A stretch of DNA of 62,762 nucleotides, the filler included, from Choristocarpus tenellus KU-1152 (lineage: Eukaryota > Protista > Phaeophyceae), in NCBI GenBank assembly GCA_964200185.2. It is 7 parts of 7 records of this genome, joined end to end, with 100 filler letters (N's around TTAATTAATTAA, not from the genome) between each part and the next. Parts side by side here need not be neighbours in the genome. Positions count along the whole stretch, not along the records: positions 16,817 to 25,964 come from CAXNAD020003940.1; positions 26,065 to 33,347 come from CAXNAD020006410.1; positions 33,448 to 45,021 come from CAXNAD020002238.1; 4 more parts are not named here. One strand, 5' to 3'. Below, one piece after another: positions 24,819 to 37,386 of this stretch (positions within the stretch are counted from its first letter, which is position 1; every line of letters begins with the position of its first letter). The position numbers and the translations under genes are program-made. The notes beneath the pieces were generated by a model. That model saw only the letters and a list, made by a program, of their open reading frames with translations. It searched no databases and was not told the DNA's origin.

Positions 24819-25707
24819 CTATCCTCAGCAGCCTTTACGTTCAAATGCATCTCCGGACCTGGTAGGCATAAGAAACAGTGAACATTCATGCTATGACAGT
24901 AAAAATGACGTGGGGATTCTAATCTTTAGTGACAAGGGGGAGTGCAAGATGGTTGACTTGCAGGGGACAAAAAAGTAATCACATAAGCGTAAAAAGGGAT
25001 AAAAAATAGCATCCTATGAATCTTGTAGTGCCTTGTGCTGAGGAAAGTAAAAAAAACGGCCACCGCAGTAGGTCATTGAAATGAACAGATGTTAAGGTGC
25101 TTATAGGAAACATGTAGGTTGCTCATTGCCGAACTAGGAAGTACTGCAGCACACAGGACCCCCAAGGAAAAAAACATCGCTGACATACTCTTAAGATGTG
25201 CAACGCTGAGAGGGGCCTCTAATTGTTGTTTACAACTTAGGCAACAGGGGATTATGGCAAACCAGATTCCCATGTCCTCCTCATAAAGATTTGCTTATCA
25301 CCATACACTCCTGCAATATCTATATTTTTATATTTCCACAATTACTAAGAATCACACTGTATTCATCGATACCATACTTACATAAATTGAAGGAAAAATA
25401 ACCGCATGGATAGCCAGCTCTGAGCCAGCTCTGTAGCTACCACTTTAGTGTACTCTTGAGTATAGGGTTCAGTATGTTAAACAATCGTAAGTTCTTACAA
25501 GACTGCCATATCTCCTCCCTGCATATTCATGGGCACAAGTGCATATGAGTACATGGAAACGGCCCAGATTGTACACACTCATACTTACCCCTTGGTGATA
25601 TGCAGGTATGTAAGCTCTTCGCCTAACGTGGGGTGTATTCCCACTAATTGACAAAGGTCGTTGTATGTCATGCCCAAACGGATACCCAGTCCGAATCCCT
25701 GGGTCAC
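24819..25707 (-). CDS. TXNRD: High-Mr thioredoxin reductase (selenoprotein), last two exons, C-terminal Gly-Cys-Sec-Gly
   Basis: Exon 25707-25589 (VTQGFGLGIRLGMTYNDLCQLVGIHPTLGEELTYLHITKG; GIHPT-x-x-E interface motif; donor GTAAGT) joins exon 24858-24819 (SGDAFERK then GGC TGC TGA GGA TAG = GCUG-stop). The Sec codon is 24827-24825. Confidence 0.93.
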
Positions 25708-25964
25708 CTGAACGGTAAGAGGAGAGGGATTGGGATAGGACAGGTAGAGTAAAGTGTCCATCACTAACACCTATGACTCTTTCAAGGGAATGGTGACCCT
25801 TTCACACCAGTCGCTTCAAAAATAAGAAGTCCACTTCTTACTTGGAATTGCCAGTCTCAACCAGGGTCTGTGTTGACATGCTCAGACTTGAAGTATCTGG
25901 GGGGGGGGGGGGGGGGGGGGGAAACAGGCTAGGTCTCGGGGGGTGGGGGGGGGGGGGGGACTAA

Positions 25965-26064
25965 NNNNNNNNNNNNNNNNNNNNNNNNNNNNNNNNNNNN
26001 NNNNNNNNTTAATTAATTAANNNNNNNNNNNNNNNNNNNNNNNNNNNNNNNNNNNNNNNNNNNN
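25965..26064. other. Artificial contig linker
   Basis: N44-TTAATTAATTAA-N44; MITE subfamily B termini lie close to it on both sides (25885-25900 and ~26095-26113). Confidence 0.97.
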
Positions 26065-26349
26065 ACGAACGCCCCCTCACAAACCAACCCCCCTCCCCCA
26101 GATACTTTGACCCCTAACCCTCACAAAATTATCAACTATTTCCGATTCCACCAAGATTGAACAATTCAACTCAACTTGAGCTCTACACAACAACTGTCAG
26201 TAACAGTATAGCCCACCTCCTACCCCTTCCTCATCCCCCCTCTGCTGTCCCTGGCCTCCCTTGTTCTTGTCTCCTCGGACCTTGGCCTAGAATGCCGTTG
26301 GTGTCCCAAGCAAAAATCACATCTTCACAACTGAGCCAACAGCAGGAAG

Positions 26350-27400
26350 CGCACCGACCCTTTTGAACTAGTTGTTCATTGAACCATCGGGTCGTAGAGA
26401 TGAGGTGATGTCTCCATCTCCCTATTGACACAACTCTCCCATTACGATGGTGTACGAGGTTGCAATGGTGGATTCATCAATATCTATCCCCCCTAACGTG
26501 GTGCATGGACTCTAAAGCATTATTGCTGTGTGCTATTTGAGACTATTGCCATCCACTCTCAAAGACTGTGTCAGAAACAAACGGATGTCAAATCCACCTT
26601 CCGTCTCTCTATTCTGATAATCTATGACTTTGAGATATCAATTTATGATTTCATTTTGTGTGTTTCTGATCTAATGAGAGATAACAATTTGGATGTGTCC
26701 TGCGGTCAACTTGGTGTTTGTATGTCCACCTAACCTCACGTGCTTCGGGAGTAAGTATTTGAAGACTCAATTGATACAAATATACACTCCAGATTGTTTG
26801 GTGAAGTCTCAATTACTGTGAGAGACTGTTCATATTTCTAGAGACATGTTTGACAGTAGTGGGGACAATTGTATACTGTAACACTGAAGGGAATACTCAT
26901 TTCTGGCGTGCTCCAACAAATACTTAGTAGTGGTTAGAGCCAACCATTGTTCTCTTTACCCAACAATACTGTGCTCCTGTTACCTCATAGTTGCGTCTAG
27001 TCAGTAACTCTCTTGCCCCCAGCCTACATGATATTTGCTGTGGCAAGAAAACTTCCCTAGGCCATCAAGTATCATCGCAGTTCAAACTCCCCGAGGGTCA
27101 GGCTGTACCTCATATTTGGAACCCTGGCCTCTAATGTCATGAGTCTATTCTATTCATTTCATCATCCCCCCTTAACTCCAACCCTTGTCCATGCTTCCTC
27201 CCATGCCACAAACTGATTCCAGCCGCAGCGAAGCTTGGCAGAAGCTCCTGATATAATAAGTTCTCCAACATGTTTCCTTGATTAGGACTTTGCTGTTTCA
27301 GATCTCTTGTGGCAAAGGTTCACGCCCTTCCACTTTACATTGAATGAAATGCCGTAAGTCTTCAGGGGAAGTAGTAGGGGGATACAACCCACATTAAACA
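26350..27400 (-). mobile_element. Possible highly degenerate Ty3/Gypsy pol fragment
   Basis: Faint motifs on the minus strand: GKENN (~26945-26960, cf. GKENxVADxLS) followed by a TSPH...DG-like integrase segment (~26385-26410). Heavily interrupted. Confidence 0.3.
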
Positions 27401-30400
27401 GAGAAAGAGAGGTCATCAATATAATGTATTTACAGACACCCCTGAATATACATGGCCTAGGGGTGTGAATTCAACAGGTAGCCAGGGACTCTTTCTGTCC
27501 CGACTACTAGTTTGTAGGCTGTACTCGAGTGCACTCCCTTTCCCTCTGTTTTTGCTGCAGTTAATCGGTTAGTGAGTAGTGCTCATTAGGCTGGTGGTTC
27601 AAAACCCTGAAAGACTCTCGTTCCTTGTCAATTCCGATGGTATGAACGAGCTTTGGCAGCCAGGCATGATGATACTACATTGCGGTGTGCATATGCTCCC
27701 CCCTCTGTTGGTGCAGAATGGATCACTCTAGCATGTCAATGTTTCGGATCATTGTTTGACCTTGATGAAGCACCTTGGTCCATCTCTCGTTTATCCGTCT
27801 TGCATTATGGTTGTCAGTGACATTTTCTTAATATAGTGTTTTTGACTGACACAGATGCTCAAGGAGCATTTTGTTTTTGCGCTTGTTTCCGAAGACTGAG
27901 ATTGGCATAGGGTAGAGAAAGTACTGGGGTGTGGAGTACAGTTCAGTATGAGAGTATTGGTGTACAGAGTATATGAGGGGTATGTATGGAGGTGGAGGTG
28001 GAGGTGTAGAGGGGAAGGGGATGGGGGGGATGTTAGATGTCTTAGTGAGAGCCTGGTTACCCTGGCATTTGGGATCAAATTGCATAGTTTTCCACTAGTG
28101 AGTTCACCCCCTCAAACCTTTTGGTATGTGAGCTACATCTGTTACTGTGTTAAAGTGCATACTAATTATAACATCCACGCTAGCATGATTTTTGGTGATT
28201 CATACAACAATATTCAACGACCTTTATTATTATATGTACACACTATCTGAACATGGACTACAATATATATATGTATATATCAGCAATATCTATTGGAATA
28301 GCAATAGTGAATGACCCCTGGTGGATACACCTTAACTTGGTCACCAAAGACCATTTTGCTCAAGAGACTACCATATTTGTGAGAGGATCTGTCTGTCTGG
28401 CTCATCTCTCAAAGCACTCCTACAATACCTGCTGCCTAGTGTAAGGTTTCTTGCGCAATATCTTCTAGGAATTGGCCTCTCTACTAGACTATCATAATAT
28501 TGAGGACTCTGCCACAGTTACCATTCTTTATCATCTACAATTCATCTCTCCCAAGCAGCTCACCACCCACATTGGTGTATGTTCGGTGCCATGTGAAGAC
28601 AGCAATTGAGGTGTTTGAGCAAAACATTATTTCAAGAAATATATTAGTTTTTGTCAGATCATGGTTCATGATTCAAGACTTGGAATATCTCCAGTGATAT
28701 AGAGGGTTCGAATTCCTTCAACTCCAAATCTATTTTTCCGGAAATCTAGTTTCAATTATCCTGTTCCACGTGGCAAAGCATAACAAATGGTGGATTGTAC
28801 GTAGAGTACACCTGTACTATATTTTATATTCTATACACGACAACAACGTCGAGCCAATATCATGGTGAAATTACGGGGACGATCCAGCAAAATATGTGAT
28901 CAGTGAGGCAGAGCGATGGACAATGGCCATGGACAATGGTACTACTCAGCCGAAGTGTTTAAGGGCACTACTCAGCTCAAAGTGCGAGAAGCAAAGCTCA
29001 AACGGAGGCAGCACAATCACTCGCAATGTAATAGAAAGTGCCGTGCAGTAGTTGCAATGAGAAGTAGTGCAGCGTGTAGTGCCTCTGATCATGGGTAGGG
29101 ATCAAACTACTCATGGTTTTATGGAAGGGAATAGACCAAAGGAGGTAGGCGACCCAGTGTTTATGAGAGGGGAAATATTTCTGGAGTTCGGTGGGTCGAA
29201 AGATGCGGAGTAGGACCGAGAGACAGAGCGAGGATACTTCATGCTTTTTTTAGCACCCCTGGAAGCAGAGAGTGCATGATGTCAAAAGGCTGAACATGTC
29301 CATGGAGTGCAGAATGTAACAGCAGATGAAATTTTGAGACGGAGCAGGAAAGATATGCCCATGAAACTAAAAAGGCTTACAGCCCTCATTTTCAAAACCC
29401 TGACGGAAAGTGCTGCTGGGAATGGCAATAATGTGGAGGAAATATATGGTACTATACTGCGGCAGGATTCATCAGAGGAGGGATTGCTGGTAGAACTCTG
29501 ATTGCAAACACAAAAAGGATTTCAACCAGCGGAAAGCCTTGAGGATGAAGGAAAAGCTGGAGATCTGGATGAAGAAGGGAGGGGAGGAAAAACTGATAAA
29601 AGGATCGATGGTGGTTTGAGCAGGGTGCTATGGAGTAGGGCAAACAAGAATTCCTTGATATGGAGGAAACTTATGGTAAAGCGTAAATATATATGACATG
29701 TCGGGGATGGATATTTATGGTATATCAGCATGAAAAAGGAGTATACAAAGGAGATCCCTAGGAAAGAGGCCAGAGAAGGTTCGAGGGATGCACTGAGGAG
29801 TAATGGGCAATGAGACTTGGAGGTCAAAGAATCTGCTTTCTACTTGGATAGAATAGGTAGGGTGACACAAATAGCGATGACTGGGATAACACCCTTGAAA
29901 TACAGAAGGGTGGAGAGGTGAAAGTCAGAGCCTATCTATACCATGGTATATATTTGGGGGGCAGTAGTAGGTAGTTCATGGAGGGTGTTGGAAGTGTTGA
30001 CGAGTAATGGTGATTCAACGTTCAACCTTTAAGAAGGTATATGTATAGTATAAGGAAATGGAAAGGGATAGAGGGAGTTGGGATCAACTTGAAGAAAGGT
30101 ATTCTGGAGGTCAAGGTTTCAAAAGGAAGGGGTGAGTAACAAGTTGTTGGTTACAATAAATCCCTCCTGCCCACCCTTAATTTTCTTCATTTGGGTTTTT
30201 CTTACCCCCTCAATAGAATTTATATCTATATGTATGTATGGTCTGGTCGTTTATGGGAGGTTAAGCCAAATAGGTTTCTGTTTGTTTAAGTATGAGTATA
30301 CATGGTGCGTTGTTACACCTCATAATCCAAATTCGTGATTACCACTTCCACTCCAAAATTATTTATATTTTTCTTGTGCGCGCAATGTTCCACTCTACGA

Positions 30401-32121
30401 CTAAGCGCTGAGGGATGACATGTCCTCAACGGTCAACTGTATTTTGATCAGACAATTTGGGACTTTTGCAGCACGTTTCAAGTCCGAAAAACTTCACCCT
30501 TACCCCAGAGCACAGCAGGTGGGTAACTGTGTCATCTCCAAATTGCCAAGAATGTTGGGTAAATGAACCGCAAACTTCGTAAGACCCAAGTTCCAAGTTA
30601 TCATTGCCAGCATATATTGGTATGGTAATGTCATGATTTATAATGTGTTAACAGGTTGGTCTTGCTTCTATTGATCAACAAGGTCAAGGTTTCACCTTGT
30701 GGATGCATCCTGTCTCTATCGTATCCCCACCTCAGCGAATAGTTGTTGCGCGTTCCCGAAGTATTGCCTGCAATGTACGTGCGAATGAACCGGTTTGTTG
30801 AGCAAGGGAAGTATAAATTTGGACCGAGCTCGTCCTAGTTGTAGCGTGGTGTCTGTGTGTGACTCCTGGGTCGCGATTCCAATTGTCCTAGTTTAGGGTG
30901 AATACCACATGTGCATGTGCGAAAACCTCATAAAATATTCTTGGCAGTAGTACACCTGGACTTGTTGTCTCGAGTCAAACTGAGAACCCCAAATTTAGCA
31001 CCATTTCGAAGTCCAACTCATTGTTGACCCCTGACCCCAGAAACCAAAAGGCTCCCCTAAAAAGGTATTCAACACTTATTTCTACACTGAGTATCAACTT
31101 CGAGTATTTGAGAGGAAGAGAGGAAGGAAGGAGGGTGGACGAGGTATTTCCCATCTCTAGGAAGGGTGGCTGCTCCACGGCCCCCTCTCCACAATGGCGC
31201 CACCGAAGGGGAGCGAGATGCGTAAGGGGAGTAAGGCCTCCATGTCTGCTGGAGATTCTCCAGAAGGTTCTGCACCTCCCCGCCGTGGCATACCTGTGGA
31301 GCGACCCTCTACTCTCTACAGGTAAAGTGGATGTGGCACACCGCCACATGAATAGCATAACCATGCACCCTCCCTGTTCTGTCTTGATGCAAACATCATG
31401 CTCTCCAATGGTTGACCTCGATTTGATCTTACTGGGACCTGAAGGGGCTTTTGACCCGTAGGTCACTAGGGCACGGTCATGTGTGAGGTCGATTCTTCTC
31501 TATTCATCCAGGACCTGTCCAGGTCCTTTCCGCGTCCTTTCCGCATCCTTTCCACATCCTTTCCACTCCCTCTGCTCATTTTTTTTAATAGTTCCAAGGC
31601 CACCCGTTCACAACGTTCAGTCGATGATCGATGAAATCCAACATATCCCATCCACGAATTGCATGTGCCTATATTGCAATAGTACACCTTAACGGTTTGT
31701 ATCCCCGCCAACTAACTATACACAGTGCACCTTCTCGAGTAGCACGGTCCTCCGCCCCTCCCCTCCCCTCTCCCCGACCAAATCCCTTCTATCTCCGGCT
31801 CTCTCATGCAAGTTCATGTTCTGATGCTCTTTGAAGCCCTTCAACTCAATTTGCCCTTTTGGCTTGTTTATTCTTGGAGTGCGAGCCCCTTTCGACACCA
31901 ACAGCTACACAGTTGTGTTCACACAAACCCGGACAAATACACATGTTAAAAATAAAGAAAGTATTTGTTGGCGTGTCCCACCGTTTGCATTTGAAAATAT
32001 TTCCTGTGTTTATCTTCTGCCCAGAGTATCACTAAGTGTTCCATATACTCGGAATGTGTGTACTTTGAATGCCCTAATGTCCATGCGACTGACTACTCAC
32101 TGTGCGGCACAGTACCGCAGG

Positions 32122-32229
32122 AGCATAAACACAATAAACGTGCAGCATAAACACAATAAACGTGCAGCATAAACACAATAAACGTGCAGCATAAACGCAA
32201 TAAACGTGCAGCATAAACACAATAAACGT
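32122..32229 (+). repeat. 22-bp minisatellite, ~5 copies (AGCATAAACACAATAAACGTGC)
   Basis: Head-to-tail near-perfect copies with no spacers. Confidence 0.92.
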
Positions 32230-32298
32230 ACTTGCGCTGTTTTTTATGGGAATGCATCAAATACGTGTTCTTACGACATTCTCTCTGCGCCGTAAATG

Positions 32299-32327
32299 TT
32301 AGGGTTAGGGTTAGGGTTAAGGTTAGG
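32299..32327 (+). repeat. Interstitial telomere-type repeat (TTAGGG)~5
   Basis: TTAGGGTTAGGGTTAGGGTTAAGGTTAGG. Confidence 0.85.
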
Positions 32328-32412
32328 AACATTTGATACCTCTTGAAATCACAAAACCTCCTAACGTACACGGTACCTCTACTGCTTAACAGAGGTAGTC
32401 ATTTCATCACGC

Positions 32413-32571
32413 TACTTTAACTTGTACTTTAACTTGTACTTTAACTTGTACCTTAACTTGTACCTTAACTTGTGCTTTAACTTGTACTTTAACTTGTACT
32501 TTAACTTGTACTTTAACTTGTACCTTAACTTGTACCTTAACTTGTACTTTAAATTGTACCTTAACTTGTAC
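32413..32571 (+). repeat. 12-bp minisatellite, ~13 copies (TAC[T/C]TTAACTTG), abutting a splice acceptor
   Basis: Direct tandem array ending 5 nt before the exon that starts at 32577. Confidence 0.93.
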
Positions 32572-32576
32572 TACAG

Positions 32577-32690
32577 ACGGAACTCTCGTGCTGAGAAATT
32601 TGACAGTCCAGTGAACAGAGGCAGGGAGCCAATGGTGAAGTTCATGTTTGTTGGGGAGGCTGCCACAGGGAAGACCGCCATAATCTCAAG
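32577..32690 (+). CDS. Exon of a Rab-like small GTPase (G1/P-loop)
   Basis: Acceptor TACAG and donor AAG|GTAAGC flank RNSRAEKFDSPVNRGREPMVKFMFVGEAATGKTAIISR. A beta strand plus GxxxxGKT plus IIxR is typical of Rab-family G1. Other exons were not identified on this contig. Confidence 0.72.
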
Positions 32691-33010
32691 GTAAGCTAAC
32701 TCATCAGCAAACAACAAAAATGAATTGATAATATATATATATATATATATTTTACAGAGATTTATCACAGGGTGAAAATTGTGTACAGTTATTATTATTA
32801 TTATTATTATTTTTTTTTTTGGGGGGGTGATGTACCGATATTAATGAATACGTTGTTGATACCGTTTTGTAACTGATAAAAAATCTTAGAATGATGATAC
32901 ACGTGTATTTTTGCGTGTGTATTAAAAAAGAAAAAAAAACAGTTCTGTGTGTTTTGAACGTTTCGTCTACCCTGTTTTTGAATTTTTCTCAGAAAATAAA
33001 AGCCTCCCCC

Positions 33011-33279
33011 GAGTGTAAGTATCTTATTAGGGTTAGGGTACTAGTCTTGCCCTGTTCATCCGTCCGGGGCTTTTGACTTCGCATATATATATATATATTT
33101 TTCTTGACACATTTTTTCCTACTTTTAAATGTTTAGTAGTAGGGTAAAAGGTATACCTTATGAAAAGGTGTTTTTCCGACACGCTTCTTAACAAACACCG
33201 TAGCCAAAATTACATCAAAATTGCAACATTGGATTTTGACCCCCTAAATAGACGTGGCTCTACCCTAATGCTTTGACTC
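33011..33279 (-). mobile_element. MITE, subfamily A copy (degenerate; TTAGGG units inside one TIR)
   Basis: Reverse-orientation homolog of 49383-49639; ends GAGTGTAAGTATCTT...CTTTGACTC; flanks CCCC/CCCT. Confidence 0.75.
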
Positions 33280-33347
33280 CCCTGTGACCTATGAGATGTT
33301 AGCATTTTTTTTTGCAATTCTGTATTTCTATTCTTACTCCCCCCCCC

Positions 33348-33447
33348 NNNNNNNNNNNNNNNNNNNNNNNNNNNNNNNNNNNNNNNNNNNNTTAATTAAT
33401 TAANNNNNNNNNNNNNNNNNNNNNNNNNNNNNNNNNNNNNNNNNNNN
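33348..33447. other. Artificial contig linker
   Basis: N44-TTAATTAATTAA-N44. Confidence 0.97.
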
Positions 33448-34035
33448 GGGTAGGGTGCGTTTTCGGTGCCGGGGCGGGCTTGGAAGTCTTGTCGTGGCCA
33501 CCCCCCCCCCCCCCCCCCCCCCCGCCCAGATACTTTGAGCCGGATTCAGCTATCAACTGAGTATGATTGCCAAAGTATTGTAGCATAACACACACTTCGT
33601 GTTGATTTCCACCCAGTTGAATTGTTCAATATTTTTTGGAGAACATTGCAATTGCTGTCATTCTTTCCTTGTATGCAAGATCTGGTGAGCACCACATCAT
33701 CATACAACAATTACTTAAGGGGTCAAGGACTTCAGGGTGGAGGATGGAGGGGATGAATCCCTGCAGGGGCTGTACGTAGCAGGTGAAAGGATGCTTGCGA
33801 TAGATGATTCAAAAGCCGATATTATAGAGACTACAACGATGGAAAACTTAATCAGGCGCAAAAAATTTCCGATCGAAAATTATCCCTGATTTTTTGGGTT
33901 GGGAGCTGAAATAATTTAATGTTGAAATATGGCAACATTACAATAAAACAACTCAGAATTTTTTTACGAATTCAATTTAATTGTCGGTACAGGAATTACG
34001 TCTTACACCAAGAGCCAAAACACCCTGGTGAGAGG

Positions 34036-34257
34036 TAGGGTAGAGCCGCGTCCATTTGAGGGTCAAAATCCAATGTTGCGATTTCGATGTAATTTTGGCT
34101 ATTATGTTTGTTAGGCAGTGTCAATATCCTTGATCCGGACACACCTTTTCATAACGTACACATTTTGGAGTAGGCAAATGTAGTAGAAAAGACCGCGTGG
34201 GAAGTCAAGCCCCAAATGGACAAACAGGGCAGAACTCGTACTCTCTAAGATACTTTC
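34036..34257 (+). mobile_element. MITE, subfamily A copy (left TIR eroded)
   Basis: Shares CAAAATCCAATGTTGCGATTT, TGGAGTAGG and CCCCAAATGGACAAACAGGGC...CTCTAAGATACTTTC with the other copies. Confidence 0.8.
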
Positions 34258-37200
34258 GGGACTTGTCCCGTTAGTTTGTCAAAAAATCATACACTCATTC
34301 TTACGGACTTTCTACGCATTGCCAAAAAGATTGCATCGTAAGTTCTGTAATAACTGAAACGGGATTAATCATGTTTTAGTTGAAAAAAAAGGCAAAATCT
34401 AGAACAAGTGGCATATGCCCGTTTACGTTTTTGAGATGTCATTAGAGGAGAGAGAAGGAAATCACAAGAACAAAACATATGTACGACCAATAACAACATA
34501 ATCTGAATTGTCAATTCAATGCGGATTGGTTTTGTTCGACTATAAACTGTAGTAACGTCATGGGACGATGAAGGTCTGATGTGCACAGTAGGATCTCTGG
34601 TTTGGGGTCTACAGGTTTAACGGAACTTGATGTCTACCAGCAACAAGCATTTCCGAATACCAATAGACTGCTGTTGCCTTCAACATGAAAAACACGTTAG
34701 AGCCAATCAGTGCCCTTCAACTCTGCTCAATGAAAAATAGAATAACTGTAAAAATAATACATCTATGGGGGGTAGGAGGGATGGGTAGGCGAGCCAATGA
34801 CCACCCAATAGACAAATCCAGGATTTATACTTTATTTTAGGCAGTCCTTATATTTGGGTGATTGAGGCTAAAAGAAGTCACATGATTATTTCTCTTGGCA
34901 AGAAAAAATTTATTTTTTGGCCATTATATCAACCAATCAGAAGGCACTAGCGATTACAATCATTTTAACCCTTCCAATCTCGCACATCATATATGGGGGT
35001 CAAATTCTCCCTTTTAAGGGGAGACCCGAAAGAAAGGAATTACGAAAAAGACATCATTGCTATATAGCTTACGTTCTTGGGTTATAATAATACCCATTTT
35101 TATGGAGGGTATATGACAAGATTGAAATTGAAATCACAAGAAACGAAACAACCAATGGTAAACGACATAACTGTAATCTTCAAGTACATAATATAAAATG
35201 TCACCTCTGAAAATATTTCTTATGACTACTCCCTGCAGTTGTTGCTGGATTACTACAGTCTTCATGTGTCAGTTGCCTCCTCTATATATCCTTGGCATCC
35301 ATCCTCCCATTCATCCACCTTGAGAATAAATGCTCTATGGGAAGATTAGTTGCTGCGCATTGACTGGATGCAATGTCTTTCTCTTTATTGCATGTATCAG
35401 TATTCCCAAATGAAAAGAGAGAAAGTAAACGAGAGGTACCGAGGTCTTGGTCGTTTTTGCATTCTAAGCCAATTTTTCATCTTTTAAAATTCACTCGTAT
35501 TTCTACTGATGAAGTCCTAAGTTTACTTGATAGTGTTGATTTATCTATTGCCTGAAATTTTACTGTAGAAGTGCTACACACATTTGTAGAAAAGACAATT
35601 TTTTCAAAAAAAATTGTAAGCAACCTTAATGTGCAACTCTAGGTACCCCTCGTTTACTTTGACTGAGAACATATACTCTAAGTACCTCCTTTAAAGCAGA
35701 AATGGTCAAAATAAGACAGGCAAGTTTGGCAACCTGTGGAAAGGATAAACATGTCATTCAAGCCACTTCTCTCATCACTCCTGTGATGGCATGGCACCAT
35801 CTTGAAGGAGTTGACTTACGTGACTGCCTTACATGCTCTCTACTCATCAATTGCACCATCCCTCCCCCACCAGCAGGTGGAAGTCCACCAAATCGTTGAA
35901 ATAATGGCCAAGTGAAGTCCTTTAACCTCCTCATTGGACAGGGACACAACCTCTAAAGCACAGACATGTTTGTGCTGTACCGTGCCAGCTGTGTCTAGCA
36001 TGTCCTGCCTTGATGCATTGATTGCTGTACCTCAAGGATATCAACAACTTCTGACTCTGCACGTCTCTGAATGGTGCTCCCTATGTTTCTTTGTTGGATT
36101 GTCATCCATACAGGTGCTATGAGATCGGTCAGTGAGGATACCCAAGTGCAAACTATCAATGAGCTGGACTGGCCATAATACTTTGTTTACGAAGGAGTGT
36201 GTATAGAGGTGGGTGATGTGCACAAGTGAGCTAGGCCTTCCTCAGGAACACCCCCAGGCTTGGGAAACACCAAATATCTCACCTCATCTTCAAACCATTT
36301 TGATGCTTTGTTGGGATGTTTCTAAAACAAGTTCACATTTTTTATGCCAACAAGGAGAAATATCTTAATTCCCAACATGTCAAATGCTGGAAGCTGTACT
36401 ATTGGGTTCAGGGAAGAGTATTAGGCACAGTGTGAAGGCGGTTTGTCCATGGAAAGAGTGATTTACATTCATGTTCACCATGCAATTTTTTTTCTTTTCA
36501 CTAATCCCATTGACCACTCCTAATATTGGGCAAGACATTCATTAGTTTCTCTTGGGGGAAGTACGCTGTTTCAAGAACAGGAGCACCATCAGAAATAAAA
36601 AGTAGGGATGGTTGCCTCATTTATCGATGCATAATGGAATGTTTATATTATACTCATGCTGTCACTGTCAAAGGGTCTGCCATAACCAATACAGCAATCC
36701 CTCTCTCTACTAGACTAATTCCCACCAAAAAATCTCCCCCTTCCCTCAATCCAACCCAAAAGTTCTAGCACAGTAGCACATCCCTGGCGCTCCCACTAAG
36801 GCTGAAGATGAGAGAACCCTTTGTACAAAGTGGTAAGAGAATGAGATCAGAGCAACTAATACACACATACACAGGACTGGACTGTCATCTCTCTCCTTGC
36901 CATGATGTTCACATGTTCTATAATCCATTTCTGTTTTAATTCTCCACAAATCCCCACTGAACTCCTCTCACCAACCTCCCTCAACTGCACATTGCTCACA
37001 AACAAAATAGAAGCATCACTTGCTGTTTGCATCACACAACGCCTCATCCATGGGTCTTTTATTCACTACATTCTCTTCTTAACACTCCTTGATCCTCTAA
37101 ATCATTTTCATAAGCCAAAAAGAAGCAGACATTTATGCAGCTACAACCTCAAAGAGGCATATCCCCACCATACATGACCTTTGCCTCTGGCAGTAGGACG

Positions 37201-37386
37201 AACCGGGGGGGTTGCTCTTCCCCCGCCTCAGTCTTAATCTTTTATCAACTCCCCTCTCAGCAGTGTCACTTGGTGTCCCCTACAGAGCTCCAGCTGCTGC
37301 TCCAAGAAGGTTGCCACCACTTCATAGTGAACGGGGTGACTGTGACGAGGGTGTAGGTGGCATCGGTGGGCTCCTGCAACCTGCAC

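Noticed and set aside
30975-31466. Overlapping 163-aa and 146-aa ORFs
   Set aside because: No recognisable motifs or convincing splice structure; probably decayed repeat DNA.
32122-32229. CRISPR-like repeat array
   Set aside because: Units are directly adjacent with no unique spacers, there are no cas genes, and the context is eukaryotic.
32422-32576. (YFNL)n repeat peptide at the start of ORF 32422-32694
   Set aside because: Translation of an intronic minisatellite; coding signal starts at the acceptor at 32577.
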